Source: Rhizaria sp. SCN 62-66 (lineage: Eukaryota). From it: a stretch of DNA of 47,319 bases. Positions 1 through 12,000 of the stretch are shown here, piece after piece. A program made the translations under genes and the position numbers. Positions within the stretch are counted from its first letter, which is position 1, and each line of letters begins with the position of its first letter. Location of the stretch: positions 1 through 47,319 of the forward strand of contig MEDY01000241.1 in assembly GCA_001724265.1 (NCBI GenBank), in the 5' to 3' direction. The notes below the pieces were generated by a model. That model was not told where the DNA came from. It was given only the letters and a program-made list of their open reading frames with translations, and did no database searches.

Positions 1-1
1 G

Positions 2-3000
2 GTTTCGCCGGCCGTCGCCGCGCTGGGGTTGTCCCCGCAGGCCGTGCTCGCGGGCGGGACGCTCTTCGCGCGCCTCGCGGCCGCGCCCGCCGCTGCGGCC
101 GCCGCGGGCGCGCTGTAGGGCGAGGCGCTCTCTGCCGCGCATCTGCTGCCGCCGCAGGCGCTGCTGGCCGCGGCCGAGGCCTCGCGCCTCGCGCTCGCGC
201 TTGGCACGCCGCAGGGTCGCGAGGTCGCCGCCGTCGCCGCCGCCTGGGCCGCCGGCGCCGCGACCTACGCCACGGGCCGGTCCGCGGGCGCGCTGCCCGC
301 GCCGCTCGCGCTGGCCCTGGCGCGCGCCGCCGCGCTGGCGCAGCTTACGCGCGCATAGCTCGCGCTGGCCGCCGCGCTGGGGCCCGCGAGCGCCGCCGCA
401 CTGCTGTGCGGCCCGCTCGCCGTCGCCGCGCCCAGCGCGCTCGTCGCGCTGCCCGCGCTCGGGGCTGTCGGCACTGCTGCTGCCGGGGGCCTCACGGTCG
501 CGGTTCCCGCCGCCGCGCTCGCGCTGGCTGGAACGCCCTACGCGGTGCCGTCTTCGGTGTCCGCGGCTGCGCCCGGCAACGCGGCTGTCGGTGACAACGG
601 TTTGCGCCGCGAGAGACTGCCGACAAGCTTCTACGCGCGCTTTGGGCTGGACGCGGGGCAGAGTGACGCCGAGGCGGTAACGGCCGCGGCCACGGGCGGC
701 GCGGCGGGCGTGCTGGCGCTCGACGACGCCACGGCCGCGGCGCTGCACGACGGCGTGCGCGCGCTGCGGCGCTGCCTCGACTCGGCGCTCGCGCTCGCCA
801 CCAGCGCCGCGGGCGCCGCCGCCGCCGCCGTGACCGCGGCCGCCCCGCTCGCGTTCGACCGCGCCCCTGCTGCGACCACTGCATTGTCCTCGTGGTCTGA
901 GACCCGGGCCAGCGGCAGCGTGCCGCGTCTGCTGGGTCCCGACGTCGCCGCCGACACTGACGCCGAGGACACCACCGCCGCTGCCGGCGGCGGCGCGGAG
1001 GGCGTGCACCTGGGCGCCAACGCGCTCGCGTTTCTGCCCGACTGGGCATCGGCGCTCGTCCACGAGGCCGCGCTCGCGCTGTGGAACGCCGCGCGCCCGC
1101 TCGTCGCGGCCGCCGCGCCCGGGCGCTATGCACCGGGCACCGCCGCCGCATCGGCCGCGGCCGTGACGCCCGCGCTGCGCGCCGCGGGCGAGGCGCTGGC
1201 GGCCGTGCAGTCGCCGTTGTACGCGCTGCGCGCGCTGCTGCACGCGGCGACGGCGGCCGCTGACGCGCAGCAGGGGCTCTACGCGCACGCCGCGGCGCAA
1301 CTCCGCAGAGCGTGCGCACTTGACTGGGGCGCGCCCGCTCTCGTGCTGCCCGAGCCCGTGGCGCCGCGCGAGCCCGTCGCTGCGCCTACGCACGGCGCCT
1401 CCGCGCGCGGCGCGCAGAGCAGCCGCCGCCACACCAGCTCGTCCTCCGCGCCCGCCAAGGACGCCGCGGCGACGGCGGCCGCTGCGGCGGCTTCGGTCGG
1501 CGCCCCACCGCTCGACGGCGCCGCGGGCGCGGCCGCGTTGCACACGGGCCCGCGCGCGGCGCTGGCCGGTACGGTCCGCGTGTGGGACGCGCTGCTGCAA
1601 CCGCAGCTGCGTGCCGCGGCCCTGCGCCACGGGCTGGCCTCCGGCGAAGCCAGCACGCTGACGTGGCCGCACGAGCGTGCGCTGCTGCTGCTCGAGCAGG
1701 CCAAGGACGCACCCATCGCGGCCACGCGCTGGCAGCTCGTCGAGCGCGCCAGCGAGCTGCTTACGGCCGCCGTGCGCCGTGCCACGGACTTGCTCGCGCA
1801 GCAGTCTGCGGGCCGCCGCTCGCGCCGCGGCAGTCTCGCCTCGGGCGCCGCCGCCGCCGCGCTGACCGCCGCCGCGTCGGCCGCGGCCGCTGAGAGCGTC
1901 GAGGACGCGTCCGCGGGCGGCGAGCGCGAGACGGCGTGGCGCGCGCTGGCGCTGCGGCCGTGGACGGGCACCGCGGCGTCGCCGATCCCCGTCGCGCGCG
2001 CCTGGCTTGACATCGCGACCACGGCGCTCGCCGCGGCCACGGGCGCACCCACCGACGGCCGCGCAACCGGCGCCGCGCTGGCGCTGGCCCGCGCAGCGCT
2101 GGCGCACGTGCTGCCGCGCCCGCTGTCAGTGTCGCGCGCGGACGCGGCGCAGACGCTGCCGCAGCTTCTGGCGCCCGACGCGGACTTCGTGCCGCTGGGG
2201 ACTGCGCTCGATGGTGAGTCGAGCGGGTCCGATTCCGAGGCCGAGGCCGACACGGCCGCGGCTGCCGGCGGCGACTGGGGCGTCGCGGCCGCCACAGACG
2301 CACGTGTGCTTTCCGCGGGCACCGGCCGCGCCGCCGCGCTGCTGCGGCTACACGCGCTGCTGCTCGACGCCGAGCTCGCCACGGCCACCGAAAACGCCAA
2401 GACCTCCACGTCGACCTCCGCCACCAGCCGCGGCGGCGCCCCGCCGCGCCCGCTGGCGCTCACTGGCGGCGGCGCCCAGCCCGCCGCCGCCGCTGCCGCT
2501 GCCGCTGCGCCTGCGGCGACCGCGGCGACCGCGGCGAGCACCGTGAGCGCGTCGACGCACCTGTGGTCTGAGCCTGTCGCGGGCAGCCAGGACGCGCCCC
2601 GCGCGCTGTCGGGGCTCGCCGCCGGCACGCGGTTGTGGCGCTGGCTCGACCCCGTGTCGGGCGTGTTCCGCGCCCAGCCCCTGCTGCGTGCCGCCGCGCG
2701 CCGGCCCCCCGCGGTCGCAGTCGCGCTGCGCGACCTGGACGCCGCGGCCGCGGCCGCCGCCGTGCCCGCGCGCGCGGCGACCGCGTCGCAGGTGGGCGCG
2801 CTGGCGGCCGCCGTGGAGACGGCCGCGCTGGGCATCGTCAGCGGCCAGACGTGGGCGCCCGCCACCGCGCTTGCTGCTGTGCTCAACGCGCACGCGCCCG
2901 CGCTCACGTTCTTCCTCGCGGCGCACGAGCGCGCCATGCGTGCTGCGCATCGTGCTGACCCCGCGCCCGCGCCCGCGGTCGAATCCACGCCCGCGGCCGC

Positions 3001-6000
3001 GACCCCCGCGACCACGCACGCCCCCGTGGCCCGGCGCGCGCCCAACGCCGGCCTCGGCGGCCGCATGGGCGGGTCGAGCGCCGCGCACGCAGCCGCGCAG
3101 GCCGCTGCTGCTGCTGCTGCCGCTGCGGGCGCGAATGCTCCCTCCGCCGCCGCTCTGGCCGCGGCGTCGCTCCCGCTCTCCGCCGCTGAGTGCCCCGCGC
3201 CGTCAGTGGTCTGGACGCTGCGCGCGCTGCTCGCGGCGACGCTCTCGGTGCTGCCATCCGCCGCGGCCGGCGCGGGCGCCGTGAGCGAGGTGCGCGTGTG
3301 TCTGCGCGTACTGTGTCTCGCCGCGCGTGTACTCGCCGCCGCCGCAGAGGCCGCGGGCAAACACGCTGAGGCCGCAGCGGTGTGCGCCGCCGTCCTGGCG
3401 CTGCCACAGCTTGAGGCCGCGACCGCGCGCGAGAGCGGCGTCGCCGCGGCGGCGTCCGCGGGCGTGCTCGTCGGTGCCGGTGAAGACCTCGGCGGCGCAG
3501 TCAGCGTGCTTGAGCTGGCGCGCCTGCAAGCCGCGCTCGTGCCCGTGTGGACGCGCGCCGTCGTCGTGCTGCTTGCCGCCAGCATGGCGTCCACAGTCGT
3601 TGGCGGCGCGCTGCCCACCGGCGCGACGTTGCCCCCCGGCTCGCCGTCGGCGACGTCTGCCGCAGCGGCCGCGTCCACTGCCGCCGCCGCTGCCGCCGCG
3701 ACCGCGGCCGACGGCGCGGCGCTGCTGTTTCCCGCCGGCGCGCTGCTGCCACAGTTCCCGTTCCCGCCGCGCGCCGCGCTCGCCGGCGCCGCCATCGCGG
3801 AGCTGCTGCAGCTGCCCGCGGCGCTGCTCCCGGTGCCGCAGAAGGCCGTCCTGCTCCGCTCCGCGCTCGCCATCACGGCGGCCGCGGGCGCCGCGGCGGG
3901 CGAGCACGAGGCTGCCGCGCGGCGCGTGTGGGCCGTGCAGGCGCCGACGCTGCTGCAGCTGGGCGGCCAACCCGCCGAGCTCGCGCGCGTGGTCACCTCC
4001 GGCGCTACGCAATGGTTCGCCATCGCGTCCTCCGACGCGCTCAACGCGCTGCTTGCTACCGCGGCCGCTGGCGCTGGGTTCGGCGCTGCACCCGTGGCCG
4101 ACAAGGACCCCCGCGCGGCGGCCGCCGCCCGCGCCCGCGGCGTCAACCGCGGCAGCGTGCGCGGCGCCGTGCTGCCCGCTGCGGGCGAGGCGGTCGCCAC
4201 AGGCCGCGCCGCGTGGACGCCGCTGCTCTGTAACAGCGCCAACGACGGCCTCGCGGCCCCGTCCGCGCTGCCACTGTTCGAGAGCGTGGCTAGCAGCCAG
4301 ACCGCGCCGCTGCCGAGCTCCGTCGCCGCCGCGGCCATCGCCGAGGCCGAGGCCGCCGTGTGGGTGCCGGTGGCGCGTGCCGCCGCCGCCCTGGGGCTGC
4401 TTGACGTCGCGCAGGCCGCGGCCTACAAGGTCGCGTGCATCTGCTCCGTCGTCGTGGCTAGCGCCGCCGAGGACGCCACCAGGAGGGGCCCTGGCCCGCT
4501 CACGGCCGCGGTGCCCGAGGACCTGCGTCCCGCGGCGGTCACCGGGCCCGGCACCGCGCCGCCCGCCTTCGCCGCGTATTTTGGCGGCGCTGCGCAGTCC
4601 CCTGCTCCTGCTGCTGCCGCGGTCACCGCGCGCACGCTCGTGCTCGGCGCAGAGGCGCAGATCGTGCTCGCGCTCATGTCCGCCGCCGCCGCGGCCGCGG
4701 CCGAGAGCGCGTCCCCGCGGTCCGTTGCCGTGGCCCGCGCTGCCGCCTCGGATGCGCTCGCCACCGCCGCGGTATTGTCCATCCGGGTGCTCACGGCGAC
4801 GAGTCCGGCAACCGCGGCGTCGGCGGCCGCGTGCGTCACGTCGCCGTTGCTCTTCACACTCGACGTACAGCTTCCCGCGCTGCTCGCCAGCTCAGCCGCG
4901 CCCGCGACCGTGCGCGCTGCACAGGGCAAGGCCGCGCTCGCCGCCGCCGCGCTCGCGCTCGGCCTGAGCGCCAGCGCGCCCGCTGCCGTCGCGTCCGCAG
5001 TTGCCACCCGGCTCAGCGGCGCGGGCGCCGTGCGCGCCGCCGCCGCACGCGCGCTCGAGCGCATCGCTGCTGCGTGGGCTCGCGGCGTCGCGCGCACCGG
5101 TTCGGGCCCTGGCTGGGCCGCTCGCGCGCTGCGTACGCTCGACGGCCGCCCACGTATCGTGCCGTCGGCCGCGCTCGTCTCCGCGGCCGCGGACGCCGTG
5201 GGCGCCGCCGAGGCCGTCGAGCCGCGCGACGCCGTCACTTTCTCCAGCGCGGTGCAGCTGCTCAACGCGCTTGAACGCGCTGTGCCAGCCGCCGGCAGCG
5301 TTGCGGCCGCGGACACCGCCGCCAACGCCGCCGCGCGCGCCCTCGCGGAGCCGCTGATATGCGTCCTCGAAGGCCTGGGACTTCGCGGCTGCCACCGCGC
5401 CGGTCTGGAACTGACCGGACGCGCGCTCGCGTCGTCGGGCACGACGCCCGCGGCCGGCGGAGGCAACGGCAGCAGCGGCGGCGGCGGCGAGAGCGGCGTG
5501 CTGCCCGCGTCGGCGCTGCCGCGCGTGTGGGCGCACCGTGCGCTGTGCATGGCGCGCCTCGGTCACGACGTTGACGCGCTTGCGCCGCAGGTCGCGCGCG
5601 CCGCCGCCGCCGGCGAGGCCGCCGCGGCCGCGAACCCGAGCGGCGCCGGCGCCGACGCGTCGCTCTTCTCCGCGGCGGGCGCTGCCCTGTGCTCCACACA
5701 TACCGTCGCCGCGGCGCACGCTCTCCCGCCCGCCGCGCTTCAGGCCGCGCGCCTGTCACGGTTCTGGGCCGCGCTGGCGGACGCCGACTCCGCCGCCGAC
5801 GCCGAGGAGCCCCCTGTTGCAAGCGACGGCGACGGCACGGGGAGCTCGCGCGACCAGTTCCGCTTCTACTCCTCTGCGCTCGCGGCGCTGGTGCCTGAGG
5901 CCGCAGCGGGCGAGACGGACGCCGCGCTGGCCGCCGAGCTGCGCGACAACACCACCTTCTCGCTGCTGCGCATTCCCGTGCTCGTGGCGCTCGCGCGCTG

Positions 6001-9000
6001 GCTGCGCGACCGCGGCTTCGGCGCCGCGCACTGCTCGCGCCCGCTGGACGAGGCCCTCCGCGTCGTCGCGGCCGCAGAGTCGCTCAACGCGCAGTTTATC
6101 ATGCACTTTGGGTCCGCCCGCGCCGCCGCGATCGACGCCGCCGCGTCCGCTGCGAGCGCCGAGACGGCGCGCCGCCGCCGCGAAGCGCTGCTGCTGTTGA
6201 ACACGTCCTCCGCTCTCACGGCCGCGGCCGGCTCGCTCGACGCGCCCGTCGCGCACCCGCCGCAGTCGTTCGCGGTCGCCGCGCTGCGCGGCCAGCGCGC
6301 CGGCGTGACGGTGTCCGCGGCCCCGGGCGTGGGCCTCGCCGGCAGTCACCTGGCTGACGCGCTGCGCGCCGTCTGCACCCGTCGCGAGCTCGTTGCGCTG
6401 GGCGCGCCCGCCGCCGCCGAGGGCGCGGTCTCGGGGACCCTCGCCGGCGACGAGAGCGCGTTCGCGGTGCTCGGCGCCCGCTACGCTGAGGAGCTACTGC
6501 TCTGGCTCTTGGCCGAGTCCGCTGCGCTTGTCACCGCGCGCCACAACGTCCCCGTCGAGGTGCCCGTCCCGACCGGCGCGTCGTCCTGGCTCGGCTTCGA
6601 TGTGGCGCTGTTCGTCACGCCCTCGGAGACCGGCGCCGAGCCGTCCGCCGCGGCCGCCGCGATGCCCGCGCTGCTCGCGTCCGTGATTCGCCTGCACGTG
6701 CCCTCCGCGCCCACGCTTGTGGGCGAGATGTTCGCGCTCGCTGAGGCGCTCACGGCGTCGCCGCAGACTTCTGCCGCGGCCGCGGGCCCGCTCCAGCTCG
6801 CCGCACTCATCGCGCGCGTGTGCGGGACCGCGCCCGCCGTCGCGCTGGCGCACCTGCGTCTCTCCCAGCTCGCTGCGGAGGAGCTCATCGCCCCCGCTGC
6901 GGCGGCCGCCGCTGTAGCGCTTCACAACGCGCGCGCAGAGCCGCACCTCAGCTTCGTTCCCCCGGCTGTCGCCGCTGCCGCCCACGCTGTGTTCGCCTCC
7001 GAGGCGGACCCGACTGTTGCGACCGACGCTGCCGACAGCGACGCGTACGCGCGCGCCCTCTCTGGCGCCATGCGGCCCCTCGCGCTGCCGCAGCTGTGGG
7101 TCTCCGTAGCCGCTCACCTCGTCCGAGTGGGCCGCTTGGGCCCCGCGCGCGCGGTCCTGCTTGAGGCGCGCGCGCTCGCCGCGCCGCTCCTTGCTCGCGC
7201 CGCCGTGACTGGCAGCGCGGCCGAGTCATCTGAGGCCACCACAGCCGCGATGTCGCTATCGACCGCACGCCGCGCGCAGGTCGGCCCCGCGCTAGCGGCC
7301 GCGGTGTGGCACCTCGAGTCGCGCGTGGCCGCGCTCGAGGGCGCGCCGCTGCTCGCCGTGCGCCTCGACGCCGCCGCGCGCCGCGCCGCCGACTGCGCCG
7401 CCGTCGCCGTGCGGTTCACCGCCGCGGGCCGCGCCGGCACGCTCGTGTCCGCGGCCGCCGTCGACGCCGCGCTCCCCGGCGTGACGCTGCACGAGCTCTG
7501 GGCCTGGTCCATGGAGCTCCACGCGCGCGTCGGCACGCTCGCGCGCATGCCGCCTCAGCTCGCGCTGCGTCTGCGGCTCCCCGCCGGCGCTGACGCGGCG
7601 CCGATGCCGTCAGCCGACGCCTCCGACGCGTCGCGCGCGGCCGCCGTCGTGCCGCCTGTGATGGACTCCCTGTCGACCGCGCTCAGCCTGCTGCAGACGC
7701 GCGCTGCTGAGACTGGCTGCGCTCCCTCCGCAGCAGTCCCGACTGCTGCGGCGGTTGCGCGCCACGCGGCTTACCTGCAGCGTCTGCTCGCTACCGCGCG
7801 CGCCGCGTCGTTCGCGCTCGACGCGTCCGCGCGCTGTGCCGCCACCGCGCCTGGCGCCGACGTGCTTACGTCAGCCGCGCCAATGCTCGTGCGCGCCGCC
7901 GCCGCCAGCAGCCGCAGCGACGTGCTGCTCTCGACGCTCGCGCCGACCGATGTAGGCGCCGCCACCGCCGCCGGTGCCTCTGCGGGCGCGGCTGCCTTCA
8001 CGTGGGCGCTGTACCCGGGCGCCGACGCGGACGCGTCTTCCTCCTCCGACGAGGACGACGACGACGCCGATGACCAGTCCAGAGCCCGGAGCAAGGTTGT
8101 GGCGGGCCGCTCAGCCGCAGGCACCGGCAGCCCGGCCTCGCGTTCCCCGCGCCTCCCCGTCGCGGCGCCGCGCCCCCCGCGACCCCGCGGCGGCGTTTCC
8201 GCGCTGCTGTTCACGCAGACGCTGGCGCAGGCGCTCGGCGACATCTTGCCTTGTCTGCCCGCGCTGGCCGCCTCGGCCGAGGCGCTCGAGGCGTGCGGCG
8301 AGCTCTCTGAGGCCGCGCTTACGTTGCGGCTGCAGGGCTTCCTCGCCGCGCGTGTGTACGTGCTCGCGCGCGGCCGCGGCGCCGTCGTGCTCCCCCACTC
8401 CGCGTACGCGTCTGCTGCGACTGCGGCCACTGCCGTCGCCGCTGCGGGTGACGAGTCCGCAGTCACCAATGTGGCCGACGTCCCACCCACTGCGGCCGGC
8501 TACGCCGCGCTCTCGCGCGCCGTCGGCGGCCCCTAGGGCGTGCTCTACTCAGCTCTAGCGGCGCTGAAGCGCGCGGAGACGCTTGCTGAGCGCGCCCTCG
8601 CACCGACTGACCCCGCGAACGAAGGCTGCGGCGGCCGCGGGGTGCGCGCGCTGGCACTCGCCCGCATGGAGCTGGCGCAGACGCTCCGCCTCGGCGACGC
8701 GATGCTGTGCTCCGAGCAGCGCGCCTTCGCCGAGTCCGGGTTCCGCCGCGACGCGCGCGCGCTGCGCGAGCACCGCACCGGCGCGCCCAAGTCCGCGCGT
8801 GGCCACACCGTGGCGGCGCTGCGCTTCTTCGAGGAGCACCCCGAGGTCTTCGGCCGCGACCGCGCTAACAGGCCGTATGGACTCGCGGAGCAGGCGCTTG
8901 ACGCGGCTACCTCGGCGCTCGCCCTGCTCGGCGGCGCAGAGGCCGGCGCAAGCGCGTTGCCGCCGCTGCCGCTGGTCGCATGGGCTGAGCTCGAGGTCGG

Positions 9001-12000
9001 CGCCGCGCTCGCCGCGGTTGCCGCTGCCCGCGAGCTCGACGGCGCTCTCACCGTCGCCCGCTCCGCGCGCCGCGCTGCGTCTGCCTCGACGGCCTCTGCG
9101 GCCGCCACACTCGCCGCGTACGCCGATCTGGCGGCGACGATTGCCGAGTCCAACAACGCGTCTCTGTCGCCCACTGTGTCGGCGACGCTGCCGTCGTGGG
9201 CGCTCGAGCCCTCGCTCGGCCAGTCGTCGGGCCACTCGTCGACCTCGTCGCTGCTGGGTGCGCCCCGCGTGCACCCGCTGCTGGCCGCGTGCCCCGCGGC
9301 CGCGCTCCCGGGTTCGCTCGTGACCTGGCTGTCGTCCGCAGGCCCGCTTGCCGCACTCGCGCTCGCACCGCTGGGCGACTTTGACCCCGCGCTGCTCGTG
9401 CCGGACGCGGCCACGCAGGCACTCCTGCTCGCTGCCCCTGCCGCGGCGGCGATCACCGCCAGCGCCGCCGCCGCCGCCGCCGCGCGTGCCCCGTTCAGCG
9501 GTCTCTTCGGTGGCACGCCGACGCTCGCGCCACGCTCGCGATCGCCGTCGCCCGCGGCGCTCCCCCGCCTGACGCTCAACGCGCAGCCTGGCACCGGCGG
9601 CGCACGCCGTGGTGGGGCGCGCGGCGGCCGTCTCCGCGCTGCGACTGCGATCAGCGCCGGCGCTCTGACGCTCGCGCCGACGACCGCCGCCGCGTCGGTG
9701 CCGTCCGCGGGCGTCAGCGAGACCGCGACGTCCGAGGCGCTGTCGCTCGCCGCGCTGACGCAGAGCGCGCCGCTTGCGCTATGGGCGCCCGTGCACCTCG
9801 CACTCTGGACGCTCACGCTCTCCGTCGTCAACACGGCGGCGCCCATCGCGGCCACGAACGCCGCTGCGGCGTCCGCTGCCGCGTCGGCGGCGGCGCTCGC
9901 TGCCCAGGAAGGCGCCTCGCGCAAGCGCGCCGGCAACGCCGTCGCAGCCGCGAACGCGGGGACTGCTCGCGGCGCCGGTGGCCAATCGCGCGCTGTGGCG
10001 AGCGAGGCAGACTCGACCGGTAGTCTCAGCGAGCTCTGGAGCAGTGACGCCGCGGTTGTCTCGAACGTCTACGGCCCCGCGCTGATCTCTGCCGCGCACG
10101 CTAGCGACGAGGGCGCGCTGCTCGTCGCCGAGACGGCGTTGGCGCGCGCCCGCATGCACCTTGCGTCCCTCGGTCACGCCGAGGCTGGTGTTGGCGCCGC
10201 CGACCCCGTGGGCTCCGCGATTGACAACGCGTGGTCGCGCGCGGCCTTCGAGGCGGATATCGATGCAGTTGTCGCCGCGGCAGCGCGCCTGACTGCGGGC
10301 CCCGACGGCGATGAGGTCGACACGGGCGAGTCCAAAAGCACCGAGAGCGCCCCGCTTGCGCCGCTGGCCCGCGCCTACCTCGCGCGCGTGCGCGCTGCCG
10401 GCGCGTTGTCCCGCGCTCTCTCGCACGCTCTCGCCCTGGACATGGCTTCCGCCGCCGGCGCCGCCGCGCTCGCGCTCGCCCGCCTGGTCGGCACCGCGCA
10501 CCCGCTGCTCACGGCGCGCCTGCTCGCGCTCGCGCTCAACTGCGCGCACCGCGAGTCCGCGCTGCGTGCCGTGCGCGACCACCACGCGCCGCGCCCCGAG
10601 ACGCTGGTGGCCGCGGACGCGCAGCCCGCGCCCGAGGCTGTGGTGCTGGCGCGCCGCGAGTTCCTCTCCGCCGCTGCCCCTGGCGCGCTGGGCGCGATCT
10701 TCGCTCACGGCGGCTGCGGCGCGCCCGCCGCACTGGCGTCGACTGAGCAAGTCACGGCTGAAGCCTTCCTCGCGCACCACGCGCGCGCGGCCGCGGTCAC
10801 GGCGCTGCGCTTCCCGCCGCGCCCCGAGGGCCTTGCGGCCGCAGCGGCCGAGGAGGAGGCCGAGGCCGCCGCCGCCGAGCTGACTCGCCGCGGTCTTACT
10901 TTCCTGGCGGCCGACGCGACGGCACTGTGTGCGGCCGCGCTGCCCGCGCTGCCCAGCCACGACGCGCTGCTGCAGGCGGGCGAGCTGCTGGGCGGCGCGA
11001 GCGGGCTGCCGTCGCTGCGCGCCGCCGCACAGGGCTCCGACGCTGCGGGCGGACTGGGCGTGTTCCAGCTCGACTTCGCCTCGATGCTCTCGCTGCTACC
11101 CGCGACCATGCGCGCAGTGCAGGTCACATACGATGCCGCCACGGGCACGCTCTACGGCGCAGTCTTTGCCGCGCCCGAGTCCTACGCCAGCATCGCGCCC
11201 TCTGCGCCTGCGGCCGCCGCGTCTGCTGGTGCTGATGCGGCCGGCGGCGCCGCGGCCCCTGCTGCCGGGGCGCCCGCTACCGGCGCGACGACTGCGCGCC
11301 GCGACAAGAACAGCGAGGCCGCGGCTGCTGCTGCCGCCGCGGCTGCCGCTGCTGCTGCAGTCAACGCAGCTGCCGCCGCCGCCGAGCAGGCGATTGCCTC
11401 CGCCGGGCTCGCTGGCCTGCCCGCCGCCGTGTCCCCGTCTGCGCTCGGCAGCCGCTACGCGCCCTCGCGCGCGGTCCGCGTCGCTGCGGTGACGCTCTCC
11501 GTGGCCGCACGTGCCCGGCTCGCGCGCCTGGCGGGCGACTGGGCCGCGATCGAGCAGGCTGTGGCCGCGGGCGTCGCGCGCCACGACGCGCAGCGCTTCG
11601 CGGGCCCACTCGAGGACGTCGAGCGCCGCTTTGGCGCGCTCACGGCCGCGCTAGACGCCGTCACGCTCCCGCTGTGGGCGCAGCTTGGCGTCACCCCGCA
11701 GAAGCACTATGACGCACGCTTCGCCACCGCCAAGGCCGCCGCTGCCTCCGCGGCTGCCGCCGGTGACGCTGCCGCCATTGCTGCCGCAGAGGCTGCCGCG
11801 GCGCTTGCGTCGACGGAGAACGCCCGCGTGGGCAGCCGGGGCCGCGCGACTGGTGCCGCGGCCGCGCCGCAGACCCAGCAGCGCGCGGGCTCGCGCTCCA
11901 AGACGCGCGCGTCTGCGAACGGCGCCGGCGGCCGCGGGCGGCGCGGCGGCGACGGGGCCGCCGCGGCCGACGCGGGCGCCGCGCCCGGCAGTGTTGACGC

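Noticed and set aside
8522-8536. 15-nt in-frame micro-intron GTCGGCGGCCCCTAG that would remove the TAG
   Set aside because: All supported introns here are 100 nt or longer, AT-rich, with GT[ACG]CG donors and pyrimidine tracts. This one is GC-rich with a GTCGGC donor, and the TAGs at 116 and 356 have no equivalent. RNA-seq is needed to exclude it fully.
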